A stretch of 61,183 bases of DNA from Candidatus Bathyarchaeota archaeon (GTDB lineage Archaea > Thermoproteota > Bathyarchaeia > Bathyarchaeales > Bathycorpusculaceae). The translations under genes and the position numbers were made by a program. The DNA lies in contig CAWHXY010000002.1 in assembly GCA_963833575.1 (NCBI GenBank), forward strand, positions 1 to 61,183. The letters run 5' to 3'. The notes beneath the pieces are model-generated. The model had not been told where the DNA came from, did no database searches, and worked only from the letters and a program-made list of their open reading frames with translations. Shown in pieces: positions 39,315-49,273 of this stretch (position 1 is the stretch's first letter; every line of letters starts with the position of its first letter).

Positions 39315-40918
39315 TCAAAATAGATAAACCATCTGAATTCAAAAGTGGTGATATTCCAACTGATCCAGGTGTCTACCTATACCGCGATGAGGCAGGCGAA
39401 ATTCTCTATGTGGGCAAAGCAAAAAGCCTTCGTAGCCGCGTTAAAAGTTATTTTTCAAGTACTACTGATTTGCCTGCTAAGACAAGGCAGCTTGTCTTGC
39501 ATATCCGAAGCATCGATTGGATTGTTGTAAACAATGAAGTAGAAGCGTTGTTGTTGGAGAATAAGTTGGTTAAGCAGCATACGCCCAAGTATAATATTGA
39601 TCTTAAAGATGCGAAAACTTTCGCTTATATCTCGCTGACAAGAGAACCTTACCCGAGGATTTTGACTAGTCGTAGAGTATCGCGGAAACTTGAGTCATTT
39701 GGTCCTTACACGGAAGGTTATATTCGGCAGGATCTTCAGCGGTTGGTAGTTCGTGTGTTTAAGCTGCGTACCTGCAAGACCATGCATAAACGTGCTTGCC
39801 TGAACTTTCATATCCATATTTGTAGTGCACCCTGCATCGGTAAAGTCACAACTGAGCAATATGCCGCTCAAGTGAAGCATGCCAGGGCTTTCTTAAACGG
39901 GAATTATCAGCAAACTATAGAAGACTTAACTCTTCAAATGCAAACTGCCTCAGCAGAAAAGCAGTATGAGACTGCGCTTGACTTGCGCAAGCAAATTGCT
40001 TCTATTCGTCTTTTGACTCAGCATCAGATTGTTGATCAGGAACGGCGTTTTGACCAAGATATTTTGGTGTTTAAGCAGGTGGGTGAGAAGATGCTGGCGG
40101 TTCAGATGGGGGTGCGTAAAGGTGTTTTGCGTGGCAAAAGCCAGTTTACGGTGGATTTGCAGCCTCAGATTGAAGAGGAATTTCTGAAGGCTTTCTACGC
40201 AACCAATCGGATTCCCCGCGAGATATTGCTCAATAAGCCTTGTTGGCAGGGAGCAGATGAGAAGAAGGCTTTGGAAGAGTTTTTGTCTTCGAAGCGCAAT
40301 GCACCCGTTTCGTTGACGATTCCTAGGCGTGCGGATAAGCTTGCGCTTGTGCAGTTGGCGGAGAAAAATTTGGAGTCGACCTTAGAAGTTGACAGTGCCC
40401 TTAATGATTTGCAATCAGCGCTTAATTTGCCTGTGTTGCCGCGGGTGATTGAGTGTTTTGATGTTTCTAATTTAGGGCGGGAACATGTAGTTTCCGGCAT
40501 GGTATCTTTCCGCGATGCAAAGCCGGATAAGAAAAACTACCGTAAATTCAAAATCAAAACTTTCGTGGGGCAGGACGATTTTGCCGCTGTCAACGAGGTG
40601 GTATCCAGAAGATACAAACGTTTAGTTGAAGAGAAAGCTCCGTTACCAAATCTAGTCTTAATTGATGGTGGACCAGGCCAGGTGAGTGCTGCTAAAGTTG
40701 CACTTAACAAGTTAGGATTGCAGATTCCCCTTATAGGCTTGGCGAAGGAACGTGAAGAAATCTATTTGCCCGATGAGACGGCGCCTAAAAGTTTTGATAA
40801 GAACAGTCGAATGATGCTTCTACTGCGTCGGATACGTGATGCTGCTCACGACTTCTCGTTAGGCTATAATTTGAAGAGGCGGCAGATGAAGACGCGCGAA
40901 GAATTTAAGGCAAAATAG
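39311..40918 (+). CDS. uvrC: Excinuclease ABC subunit C (no C-terminal HhH domain)
   Basis: GIY-YIG (PGVY...YVGKAKSL), Cys-rich region, UVR, RNase H-like IECFDVS / IDGG / RIRDAAH. Confidence 0.95.
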   Translation: MIKIDKPSEFKSGDIPTDPGVYLYRDEAGEILYVGKAKSLRSRVKSYFSSTTDLPAKTRQLVLHIRSIDWIVVNNEVEALLLENKLVKQHTPKYNIDLKDAKTFAYISLTREPYPRILTSRRVSRKLESFGPYTEGYIRQDLQRLVVRVFKLRTCKTMHKRACLNFHIHICSAPCIGKVTTEQYAAQVKHARAFLNGNYQQTIEDLTLQMQTASAEKQYETALDLRKQIASIRLLTQHQIVDQERRFDQDILVFKQVGEKMLAVQMGVRKGVLRGKSQFTVDLQPQIEEEFLKAFYATNRIPREILLNKPCWQGADEKKALEEFLSSKRNAPVSLTIPRRADKLALVQLAEKNLESTLEVDSALNDLQSALNLPVLPRVIECFDVSNLGREHVVSGMVSFRDAKPDKKNYRKFKIKTFVGQDDFAAVNEVVSRRYKRLVEEKAPLPNLVLIDGGPGQVSAAKVALNKLGLQIPLIGLAKEREEIYLPDETAPKSFDKNSRMMLLLRRIRDAAHDFSLGYNLKRRQMKTREEFKAK

Positions 40919-40970
40919 TTGTTTGAAAGAACAAAAGTTTGAGTTGCCATTTTTGAATGGCTGTTTTAGG

Positions 40971-41400
40971 TTGCTTTTTTGATTTAGGCTTTGAAATGTT
41001 TGCAGGTTGCGTCTAGCGTTGTCCCAAATTGTCCCTAAGGGTCGTCATTTGTTCCTGTTTGTCCTAAATTATCGCGAATTGTCGAGACTAAACGTGATAT
41101 TTCTTAGTGTGAATTTGCCGCAATTTTTTCTAGGTTTATTTTGGGCTGCTTTTTGGTTTTGGTGCTTGAATTGATTGCAAGTAGGGACATTATTAGACAA
41201 TATTAGACATTATTAGACAATGGTGATTCAAAGTGAAAAGAGGCTCAAAAAATACTTTCAGGTCAAACTTGAAAAAAGATTTCCGGAAAAATTTTTGCAG
41301 TTTGTACTAAGTTGTTTTTTTGATTTGCGACCTGAAACCTTTGCAGGTTGAGTGTATTTCAGTCTTTTTTAGGTTTTTCAGTTTGTTTCTGGTTGCTCCA
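40971..41400. repeat. Three tandem units of about 170 bp: conserved bipartite motif followed by a unit-specific 10-bp-periodic array
   Basis: Motif starts at 40971, 41146 (degenerate) and 41312; arrays approximately GTCCYAAATT x8, GACAWTATTA x4 and AGTNTNTTTC x4-5. Confidence 0.75.
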
Positions 41401-41472
41401 CGCTGAGCTGGATTTGATGTATGTACGTAGGATTCATAATTGCTTTTAATTAAGCCTCAGTCAATGTTGACC

Positions 41473-44185
41473 ATGAGCGGAGCAGATGCCCTCCAGAATT
41501 CAACTTCCAAAGTAGCGCAGAGTATTTTTCAACCTGCCTTTATCGTAGAGCCTCTTGAAAAAAAGAATGCCCTGCGTATTTTACATGTTGATGATGACCA
41601 AACTGGTTATTGAAGTTTCAAAACAGATACTTACAATGGAGAATAATTTTGAGATTGAACCTGCTTCGTCTGTTGATGAAGCCTTCCAAAAACTCGAAAG
41701 ACAAACTTATGATGCAATCATTTCAGATTATGAAATGCCTCAAAAGAACGGATTAGATTTCCTAAAAGAACTCAGACAACAGCGAAAAGACATATCCTTC
41801 ATTTTGTTCACCGGAAAAGGAAGAGAAGAAGTCGTTGTTAAAGCTTTGAATTTGGGCGCTGACAGCTACATCAACAAGAACGGTTCACCAGAAACAGTCT
41901 ACTGCGAATTAGCTGACGCAATAAACAAAACAGTGAAACGCAAAAAAGCTGAACGTGAAGTTCTGGAACACAAAGTTAGAGCTGAACGCTACCTAAACGT
42001 CGTCGGGAGCATAATTCTTGCGTTAGACGTTCAAGGAAAAATTACGTTGCTAAATAAGAAAGGGTACGAAATCCTCGGTTATAACGAAGGAGAACTTACT
42101 GGAAAAGATTGGGTTGGCAATTGTGTTCCAAAGGAAATAAGAAAAGAATTAAGAAGAGTTTTTGAGGATTGGGTTCAAGGAAAAACAACGCCGCCAGAGC
42201 ACCACGAGCATGAAATTATTACTAAATATGGCGAAAAAAAGGTAGTGGACTGGCACAATACCGAGCTTAGAGACGAAAACGCACAATTAATTGGAACGTT
42301 GAGTTCTGGTGAAGACATCACAGACCATAAAAAATCTGCAGAAGCCCTGATTGCGGCAGAGGAAGAATTTAGGACGATTTTTGAAAACGTTCATGACGTA
42401 GTCACTTATGTAGACACTCATGGAAAAATATTGGATGTAAACGGTCGGGTTGAAGATCTTCTCGGGTACAAACCAGAGGAGATAATTGGCAAGAATTTTG
42501 TTGCCCTGAGCTTAATAAAATTTGGAGATGCCCCAAAACTGTTAAGACTCTTTCTTGGGACATTGAGAAAAGGAAAAGAAGAAAAAATAGTAGTCTTGGA
42601 ACTAAAGCATAAAAATGGTAACAACGTTTTCGTCGAAGTTGGAACCAGGTTCGTCAGAAATAAGAAAGGAAAAATCGTTAGCATTGTAAATATCTTCAGA
42701 GACGTTACAGACAATAAGAACGCTGAAGAGGCGTTGGTTGAAAGCGAGGAAAAGTTTAGAAAAGTATTTGCAATCGGACATGATGCCTTCTTAATCTCCA
42801 CTCTAAAAGAATCCACAATTATTGACGTTAACGAGCGTTTTGCAGAAATTTTTGGTTATGCAAGACGAGAAGTAATCGGTAAGAGTGCAATTGAGCTTGG
42901 ATTATGGGCAAACCCCTTTGATAGAGAAAAGATAGTTAGCAGTCTCAAATCCCACGGGAAAATAGAGCATCTTGAAGTCTCTTTAAGGAGAAAAAACGGC
43001 GAATTATTTCCTATAGTGCTTTCAGTTTCTTTACTTGAAGCAAACAATCAACAAATTGTATTGAGCACCGTTAGAGACCTCTCTTCTTTTAAAAATACTG
43101 AAAACGCCTTAAGAGAAAGCGAGGAAAAATTTAAACACCTGGCAGAAGAATCGCCCAACATTATCTTTATAATCAAACAGAGCAGAGTAGTTTATGCCAA
43201 CAAGAAAAGCGAAGAAATCACAGGATACACAAGAGAAGAACTCTACTCTCCCACCTTCGACTTCCATTTGCTTTCTCCACCTGAATATACGAAGTTAGTT
43301 AGATCCACTTACTATAGACATCTAAAGGGTGAAGTTGTTGCTCCCTACGAATATGAGCTTATCAGCAAGCAAGGGAAAAAGTTTGATTTAGTAGTCACTT
43401 CGAAGATGATAGAGTACGAGGGCGAAAAGGCGATACTGGGAATAATGACTGACATTTCTGAACTCAAAAAAGCCGAAGACGCATTAGAATGTACTATGAA
43501 CGAGTTGATTAAAGTAAACGAGAAACTCGGTGTAGTGGGCAACTTAACTCGACATGATGTTCGAAACAAACTAAGCGTAATAACTGGAAATATCTATATT
43601 CTAAAAAAGAAAAACTCCGACAGACCTGAAATAATCAACCAATTGGATCAAATGGAGCAAGCCTGCAAAAGCATAGCAAAGATTTTTGATTTCGCAAAAA
43701 TGTACGAACAGATTGGGGTTGGAGAATTAACATTAACAGATGTCGTGAAAACCATTGACGAGGCAGTAGCACTTTTTTCAAGCTCTCCGAATGTGGAAAT
43801 AATAAATGAATGCCATGGACTAAATGTACTGGCTGATTCATTCTTGAGGCAACTGTATTATAATTTGATTGACAACTCGATAAAACATGGTAAACGGGTC
43901 ACAAAAATAAGAGTACACTATGAGATATCGAGTCAAGGTCAACTCAACTTAATCTATGAAGATAATGGCGTTGGTGTACCTGTCACGAATAAACCCGAAC
44001 TTTTCAGGGAAGGATTTAGCACCGGCGGCTCCTCAGGTTATGGCTTGTATCTAATCAGGAAGATGATGGAAGCATATGGCTGGACCATTCAGGAAAATGG
44101 AGAACCAGACGTAGGAGCAAAATTCACCATCACCATTCCAAAACTAAGCAAGCTCGAAAAAGAAAACTACACAATTGCACCATGA
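41473..44185 (+). pseudogene. REC-PAS(x4)-histidine kinase with a frameshift near 41605 (pseudogene or sequencing error)
   Basis: Frame from ATG 41473 gives LRILHVDDDQT then a stop; removing one G joins it to VIEVSKQIL...ISDYEMP. RHDVRNKL H-box, NLIDNSIKHG, EDNGVG, GYGLY. Confidence 0.8.
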
Positions 44186-44253
44186 GTTTTTCCTTACATA
44201 AGGCACTGTTGAGAAAGTGTTGTCTGGACAAAATTTGTTGAGCTAGTTTCAGT

Positions 44254-44360
44254 TTGCTTTTTTGAATCAGGGCTTGCTGTGTTTGCAGGTTGCGTGTTTT
44301 CCCGTTGTTCTGCGTTGAGGCGCGTGTCCCTGCGTTTCCCTGCGTTTTTCTGCGTCTTTT
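44254..44360. repeat. Fourth copy of the bipartite motif plus 10-bp array
   Basis: TTGCTTTTTTGA-N16-TTTGCAGGTTGCGT followed by a TGCGTTTYYC-like 10-mer x7 (44291-44360). Confidence 0.78.
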
Positions 44361-44709
44361 TAAGACTTTTTTTGACTCATCGCGGCTCTAAATGTTAACT
44401 GTCAACTAGGTGTCTTGTTCCGTCGGGGCAATGAACTAGCTCGCCTTTCATCACTGGGAAAAAACGTATTTTGCAGGATTTCATTTGGGGGCATCCATCG
44501 CAATCACGAGATAGCAACTTTTTTTTCACTTCCACTCTCTACATTATTTTGGAAGCTACCACAATATGCCACTAAAGAATTAAAGTTATGCCTGATTATG
44601 TCCCAGCGATAGCCTGGCAGACAGATCAACACTTATTTTTCTAGTTAACAATACTTTGCAGAAAAGCCTCTTAAAATACAGGAATTTTAGTTTTGATGTT
44701 TTACTTTGG

Positions 44710-45588
44710 CTATGCGTTGTCAGGTTTTCGGTTTAATCGTTTTACAGCCACTACTATGTAAACTAAAATAATTTCGGGAACAGTTAAGCCAATTGCAAGA
44801 CCAGAACCTAATGAAGATGTAAACGCTGTTGAAGGCGCTATGAATTGAATTGTGACTTGATGTGTGCTGAAGTGTGTAGTGTACCATACGTAGAAGTTAT
44901 TGGAGTCTTGAGTGTAGCCTTGGGTTGAAGCGTTCTGATCATCTATTAACAAAACTGGAGTTGTTCCAACGGGTACAGCGGTCTTGGGAATAGTTATGTT
45001 GCTAAAGCCCGAAGTGCCTGTTTCGCCTGTGACCGTGAAAGAAATAGTTGTTGGTTTAGAAGAGAGGCTCGTTAAAATCGTAACATTCGACATCTGTGCG
45101 CTTGTTACGTTTCCACCGAGAGCAAGGTAGACTGTACTGCCGTTATCTGTCGTCGCTGGCACGGCAGTTGCAAACGGAGTTGGGGCAGGCGAAGGCGTTG
45201 CTGTTGGAACTGGCGTAGCCGTGGGCACAATTGTTGATTTTGGTGTTGAAATTGGCATTGGAGAAGGAGTTGGAGTAGGTGTAAAGGTTGCTGTTGGTGT
45301 TGGGGAAGGAGTATCTGTGGGTGTGGGTGTTGGTATTGCAGTCGGAGCTGGCGTGTCTGTTGGAGTCGGCGTTGGCGTGGGCGTGGGTGTCGGCGTTGGT
45401 GTTGGAGTAGAGGTTGGGGTAGATGTTGGTTTGGGTGTTGCTGTTGGTTTTGGAGTAGCAGTTGGCTTGGGGGTTGCTGTTGGTTTCGGAGTGGGAGTTG
45501 GCTTAGCAGCTTCAACTTGCATGCTCACTACTGCGAAAACCAAAAAGGAAATCAGAAATGCACTCATCAGGACATATAGTTTCTTCAT
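44710..45588 (-). CDS. Secreted Pro/Thr-rich, C-terminally anchored surface protein
   Basis: Signal peptide, (TPKPTA)n/(TP)n linker, beta domain ending YTTHFSTH, C-terminal TM with basic tail. Confidence 0.85.
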   Translation of the reverse strand: MKKLYVLMSAFLISFLVFAVVSMQVEAAKPTPTPKPTATPKPTATPKPTATPKPTSTPTSTPTPTPTPTPTPTPTPTDTPAPTAIPTPTPTDTPSPTPTATFTPTPTPSPMPISTPKSTIVPTATPVPTATPSPAPTPFATAVPATTDNGSTVYLALGGNVTSAQMSNVTILTSLSSKPTTISFTVTGETGTSGFSNITIPKTAVPVGTTPVLLIDDQNASTQGYTQDSNNFYVWYTTHFSTHQVTIQFIAPSTAFTSSLGSGLAIGLTVPEIILVYIVVAVKRLNRKPDNA

Positions 45589-45740
45589 TTTCCTTTCTCG
45601 TCACAGTTTCTAGTTTAGCTTGCTTATTTCACTTATTCAAAAATTTGGAACTAAGGAAAAAACGCTAATATACATAATTAAAAAGCAAGATCAAGAATTA
45701 ATTTGTTTTGTTTATGCTATTGGTGGAGAGGAATTTTGAT

Positions 45741-46084
45741 TTATGCTAAGAGGATTAAAAAATTATTTGCGACTATTATGACTAGAAACATGATAATTCC
45801 TATGTAGGTTGTTTTTATCAGTTTAAGAGAATATTTGAAGGCTTTGGTGCTTTTGTTCTTGGTTTTCATTAAAATCCTATTCGCCAAAATATATGTGAAC
45901 GCGGTGAAAATGGTAGCTGCAATTTTGACGACTAAAAAATCCCCAATGTTTGTGCTGACTATGCCCGTCATGAAGGGGTTCAACTCGGTAGCTCCACGGT
46001 ATAAAACGCCTATTACGGTGGTTAAGCAATTATCGATCCCACTAACATAAGAAGAGAACCTAAGAAAACCTCCGTCTTCAGCAT
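45741..46084 (-). pseudogene. DUF5658-like membrane protein with a 1-nt deletion near 46031
   Basis: MLKTEVFLGSLLMLVGSI in one frame continues as [D]CLTTVIG...ELNPFM...VVKI in another. Confidence 0.55.
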
Positions 46085-46397
46085 ATGTGCGCCTTCTCGC
46101 TTTCTCCACAGAAATTTTGATTTAATGATGTTTATGAACATTTCTAGCTAACTTTATGGTTGTGAGGAGAACCTGTGGGAGTGGCGAGTGCTGCCCAACA
46201 TCTACAAAAGATTCTTCCTTAGATGCCTTATTTGTAGGGAAATTTTTGTTAATATTTCCTTAAATGCTGTTATAGAAAAACAATTTCTGTTCCCCAGTCT
46301 AAGGCTTTTGATTTTTTATCTTACAGCTTAGCAAGATATAACTAGTCTGAATTCTAAGTCCATAAAGTTTAAGAAACTGCGTTGAAATTCTTCGTTT

Positions 46398-46474
46398 GAT
46401 GGGTAGGTTCGAGGGAAATGCGGTGATGGTTCGCCATCTTCACGCATATTCCGCAAACTCTAACCTCACCCATC
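46398..46474 (+). ncRNA. Candidate small structured RNA (77-nt long hairpin)
   Basis: 29 Watson-Crick pairs in six helices, UUCG apical loop, AAAGTTTAAG about 25 nt upstream, T-rich tract downstream; strand not certain. Confidence 0.45.
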
Positions 46475-46609
46475 TTAACTTTTAAAAAATACATTAACCT
46501 TTTTTCTCGCGAACCGGTTGGAGCCGGCTATACTTTCTATTTAGACTATTTGTGGAACTCTTAAAGCCTTCAGACTCTCTATTTGAATAGGAATGCCCTA
46601 ACCCAAAAA

Positions 46610-46685
46610 GGCTTCCGCGGATCGATGCTTAACGGCCACTCATTTTTTGGCTCGGTACGCGGAGGCCGTCCCACCAAACATGGGA
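46610..46685 (+). ncRNA. Candidate structured RNA element
   Basis: GGCTTCCGCG/CGCGGAGGCC, ATCGA/TCGGT, GCCA/TGGC and TCCCA/TGGGA stems; G-U pairs favour the + strand. Confidence 0.35.
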
Positions 46686-46749
46686 TTTCTGCAGTAGAGG
46701 CTTTATTGATGATAAATCTTAAATCTACATTAAATAGAAATGATGCTTT

Positions 46750-46968
46750 ATGAGTAAAATAAACAGGGAAACTCGTTTGTACCTTACGGTGATCGGTGTA
46801 AATCTATGCTTTTTGGCATTATTTTTCTTTATAATTAGCCTGCTGAAGTTTTATGGGGAAAGTCCTTATTTCTCAATAATAGAAATTTCTTTCGTACTTA
46901 TTGGTAGTGTCATGATTCTTATCGGTTTGAAAGGTTTTAATCGAAATAGACAAAAAAGTTTTAAATAA
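46750..46968 (+). CDS. Small two-TM membrane protein
   Basis: Two hydrophobic segments and a basic tail; TATA-like CTTAAAT upstream. Confidence 0.55.
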   Translation: MSKINRETRLYLTVIGVNLCFLALFFFIISLLKFYGESPYFSIIEISFVLIGSVMILIGLKGFNRNRQKSFK

Positions 46969-47173
46969 GGTCCCTGACCGCAACCGCAAACGGTCTAATT
47001 TGTATAGCATAGAAATAGTCAAGAATGTTGTTCAATTTCAGTCTAGAGATTTTTGCGTGGGAAAAAGTTATAACATAGTACAAGTGTAAAACAAACAAAG
47101 GATATGTGACAAAAAGTATGGCTAAAACTAAAGTGATTGGTTTTACAGATTTCTTCGGAAAAGTTAACGCCAT
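46961..47173 (-). CDS. Small hypothetical membrane protein
   Basis: One TM; weak support. Confidence 0.3.
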   Translation of the reverse strand: MALTFPKKSVKPITLVLAILFVTYPLFVLHLYYVITFSHAKISRLKLNNILDYFYAIQIRPFAVAVRDLI

Positions 47174-47341
47174 AGTTGTCAGAGAAGATAAAGTTGAACT
47201 GCAGGAAACCGAAATTAAAAAACTTGATTGCTGCTGGATAGACTAAAAAAACAAAATCGAGATACGCTGGAAGTAAAGTAAAACTTGGGCGAAAGCGGAA
47301 GAAAACTCTTCTGCTTGCGGCTATCTATAATTGGCTGTAGT

Positions 47342-48280
47342 TTAAGCAGTTGTGGAAGTTCTCTCGAGTAGAGCGTTTACAGCATTAGACAACGCTTGAC
47401 ATGCTGCTTGTCTAGCCTCTATCGATGTGTCGGTCTCCAGTTCTACTAGTTTCCTACGTAGACTTTCTACTTCCCGCATAATGTCTTGTTTCTTCTTCTC
47501 ATAATCTTCATTAAGCTTATTCTGTTCATCTGCAAAATTCTTCTGTGCTGCTTCTAAATCACATTTAGCCGTCTTCAGATTTTGCATTAATTGAGGAGTT
47601 TTGTCATCAGTCTTCTTTTTCAGATATTTATGTTTGTTTTCCTCCTCCTGGGCTTTCAGTTGACGTTCCACTTCATTCACGCGATTTGACAAAATTTGCA
47701 GTTGGGCATCTTTTTTGAGGCTGAGCTGTTTCGCTTTTTCAGCGAATTCCTTGTCCGTATCAACCAGAAAATGATTGTTGTAAGCTAGAGCCTTCTCAAC
47801 TGCACCACAGTTCGCTTCCTCAACTTTTATTTTTGTAAGTGCTCCTTCAACGTCAAGAAAAATCCGTGAGCGATCTTCTGCAAACTGGTCATCGACGTAT
47901 ATGTTAGATTGAGACTCAAAATCAGTCACAATTTTCTGAAAGTTAACAAGCCAATTATCAAAATTTTGACTGAACGGTGGAGCTGAAAAAGCCAAGGTTC
48001 CTAATTGTTTTGACTCATTTAGGGTTTTCTCCGCAAGCCCCTTCATATGTTCAAGATCCTTTTCTTTAGGAGCCTCCTCGCTTGGTGGCGAGGGCAGTTC
48101 TTGTGGTTCTATAACCTCTTTTAATGAATTAATTTCTTCTCTTAAAGCTGCAATTTCATTTGCTAAAGTATCAGATTTAGCTTCAGCTATTCTCTTTAAC
48201 TCTTCAATTTCAGCCAAAAGGCCCAGCTTTTCAGCTTCCAAACTTTTGAGTTTCTCGACCGTACTCTTAAGACTACTCAT
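47342..48280 (-). CDS. Coiled-coil hypothetical protein
   Basis: Heptad-rich E/K/L/A sequence; GGGAGA SD upstream. Confidence 0.75.
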   Translation of the reverse strand: MSSLKSTVEKLKSLEAEKLGLLAEIEELKRIAEAKSDTLANEIAALREEINSLKEVIEPQELPSPPSEEAPKEKDLEHMKGLAEKTLNESKQLGTLAFSAPPFSQNFDNWLVNFQKIVTDFESQSNIYVDDQFAEDRSRIFLDVEGALTKIKVEEANCGAVEKALAYNNHFLVDTDKEFAEKAKQLSLKKDAQLQILSNRVNEVERQLKAQEEENKHKYLKKKTDDKTPQLMQNLKTAKCDLEAAQKNFADEQNKLNEDYEKKKQDIMREVESLRRKLVELETDTSIEARQAACQALSNAVNALLERTSTTA

Positions 48281-48385
48281 ATCGATTTTTCTCCCCTTCT
48301 TGGGAAAAACAATATGTTTTTTTACACTTAAAACTTTTGTAAGAATAACCGAAAATCAATTATCGACAAAGTTTTTTCTCTTTTG

Positions 48386-49060
48386 TTAACTGATTGGAAT
48401 TTGAGAATTTGGTAAATTGCGTTCACTTTTGTCAGGCCGTTTCTTGTTTGGCTCCAGATTGAGCTTAGATCTGAGTTCAACGAACAATGAATAAGCAAAC
48501 AAGACTACGTAGAACAAGCTTGGAATCGCTAGAAGAGTTGGTATGGCTGTTTCTCCCGCCCGACCCAATGCTAGCAAAGGCCCAAGAACAGCGCCTAACG
48601 GTATTATTAGTGCCCAGTTTTTGTTGTGAGCTTTGAAAAGTGACTGTAGGTCTTTGAGTTTATACATGATGGGCAAAGTCACAGCGAAAAGCCCGAGTTC
48701 TGTAATTTGGACGGGCAAGCTTGTTACCGCATAGTTCAGAGCTCCGAACCAGTTTTGTGAGACAGGCCACAATAACTCGATTCCTCCAGTGAAGAAATCT
48801 CCTATTAAAATGTGGGAAAGGATAGCCACGTAATATGGAATGGCTTGTTTTCGGTAAACAGCAAAAAAAGGAATCATGAGAACCGTTATAGTGATGATTG
48901 AGTGGGTGGGTCCTCGGTGCATAAGGAAGCGCAGAATCAGATCTACATCTGGAAGAACCGAAGCTGCTAATAGAAGCGGCAGGTTCACTTTGACCTTGGC
49001 GAGCTTTGATGAACCCTTTCCGAATAGGTATCCCAAAGCAAAGTGACCGATTGCAAACGT
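48386..49060 (-). CDS. YdjM-like membrane metal-dependent hydrolase
   Basis: GH, LPDVD, HRGPTHS and SHILIGD motifs; the frame extends to ACG 49060 (xFAIGHFALGY). Confidence 0.82.
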   Translation of the reverse strand, partial: TFAIGHFALGYLFGKGSSKLAKVKVNLPLLLAASVLPDVDLILRFLMHRGPTHSIITITVLMIPFFAVYRKQAIPYYVAILSHILIGDFFTGGIELLWPVSQNWFGALNYAVTSLPVQITELGLFAVTLPIMYKLKDLQSLFKAHNKNWALIIPLGAVLGPLLALGRAGETAIPTLLAIPSLFYVVLFAYSLFVELRSKLNLEPNKKRPDKSERNLPNSQIPIS

Positions 49061-49273
49061 TCCAAAAACCTCTTAGCTATCGTAATTACAAAAAGACCCT
49101 ATTAAAGTCAACTCTGGCAATAGCTTGGTAGTAATAATAGATTCAATTGTCACCTTCCCTTGTTGCCAAAGTAATGCTTCGGCTTTCTAACTATTTTGGC
49201 AGTGCTTGGAAGGGTTTTGTTTTGAGAAAATAAAATTCAAAATATTGTTTTAGCGGTTTTCCTATTATTGAGT

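Noticed and set aside
40971-41400. Possible CRISPR array
   Set aside because: The period is about 170 bp, the repeats are degenerate, the intervening DNA is internally repetitive, and there are no cas genes.
45105-45613. ORFs 45221..45613 (+, Gly/Val-rich) and 45105..45515 (-, Gln-rich); likewise 51788..51991
   Set aside because: Shadow frames of Pro/Thr repeat coding sequence.
46422-46450. GGTGATGGTTCGCCAT resembles the 5' part of a fluoride riboswitch, and the surrounding AGGGAA..GGTG..CCGCAA resembles a cobalamin riboswitch
   Set aside because: The loop is too short for the fluoride pseudoknot, there is no downstream partner or B12 box, and no cognate gene follows; a simple long hairpin explains the sequence.
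46655-46690. Minus-strand GTGGGACGGCCTCCG resembles c-di-GMP-I riboswitches
   Set aside because: The GCAAA junction and the GNRA tetraloop/receptor are missing.
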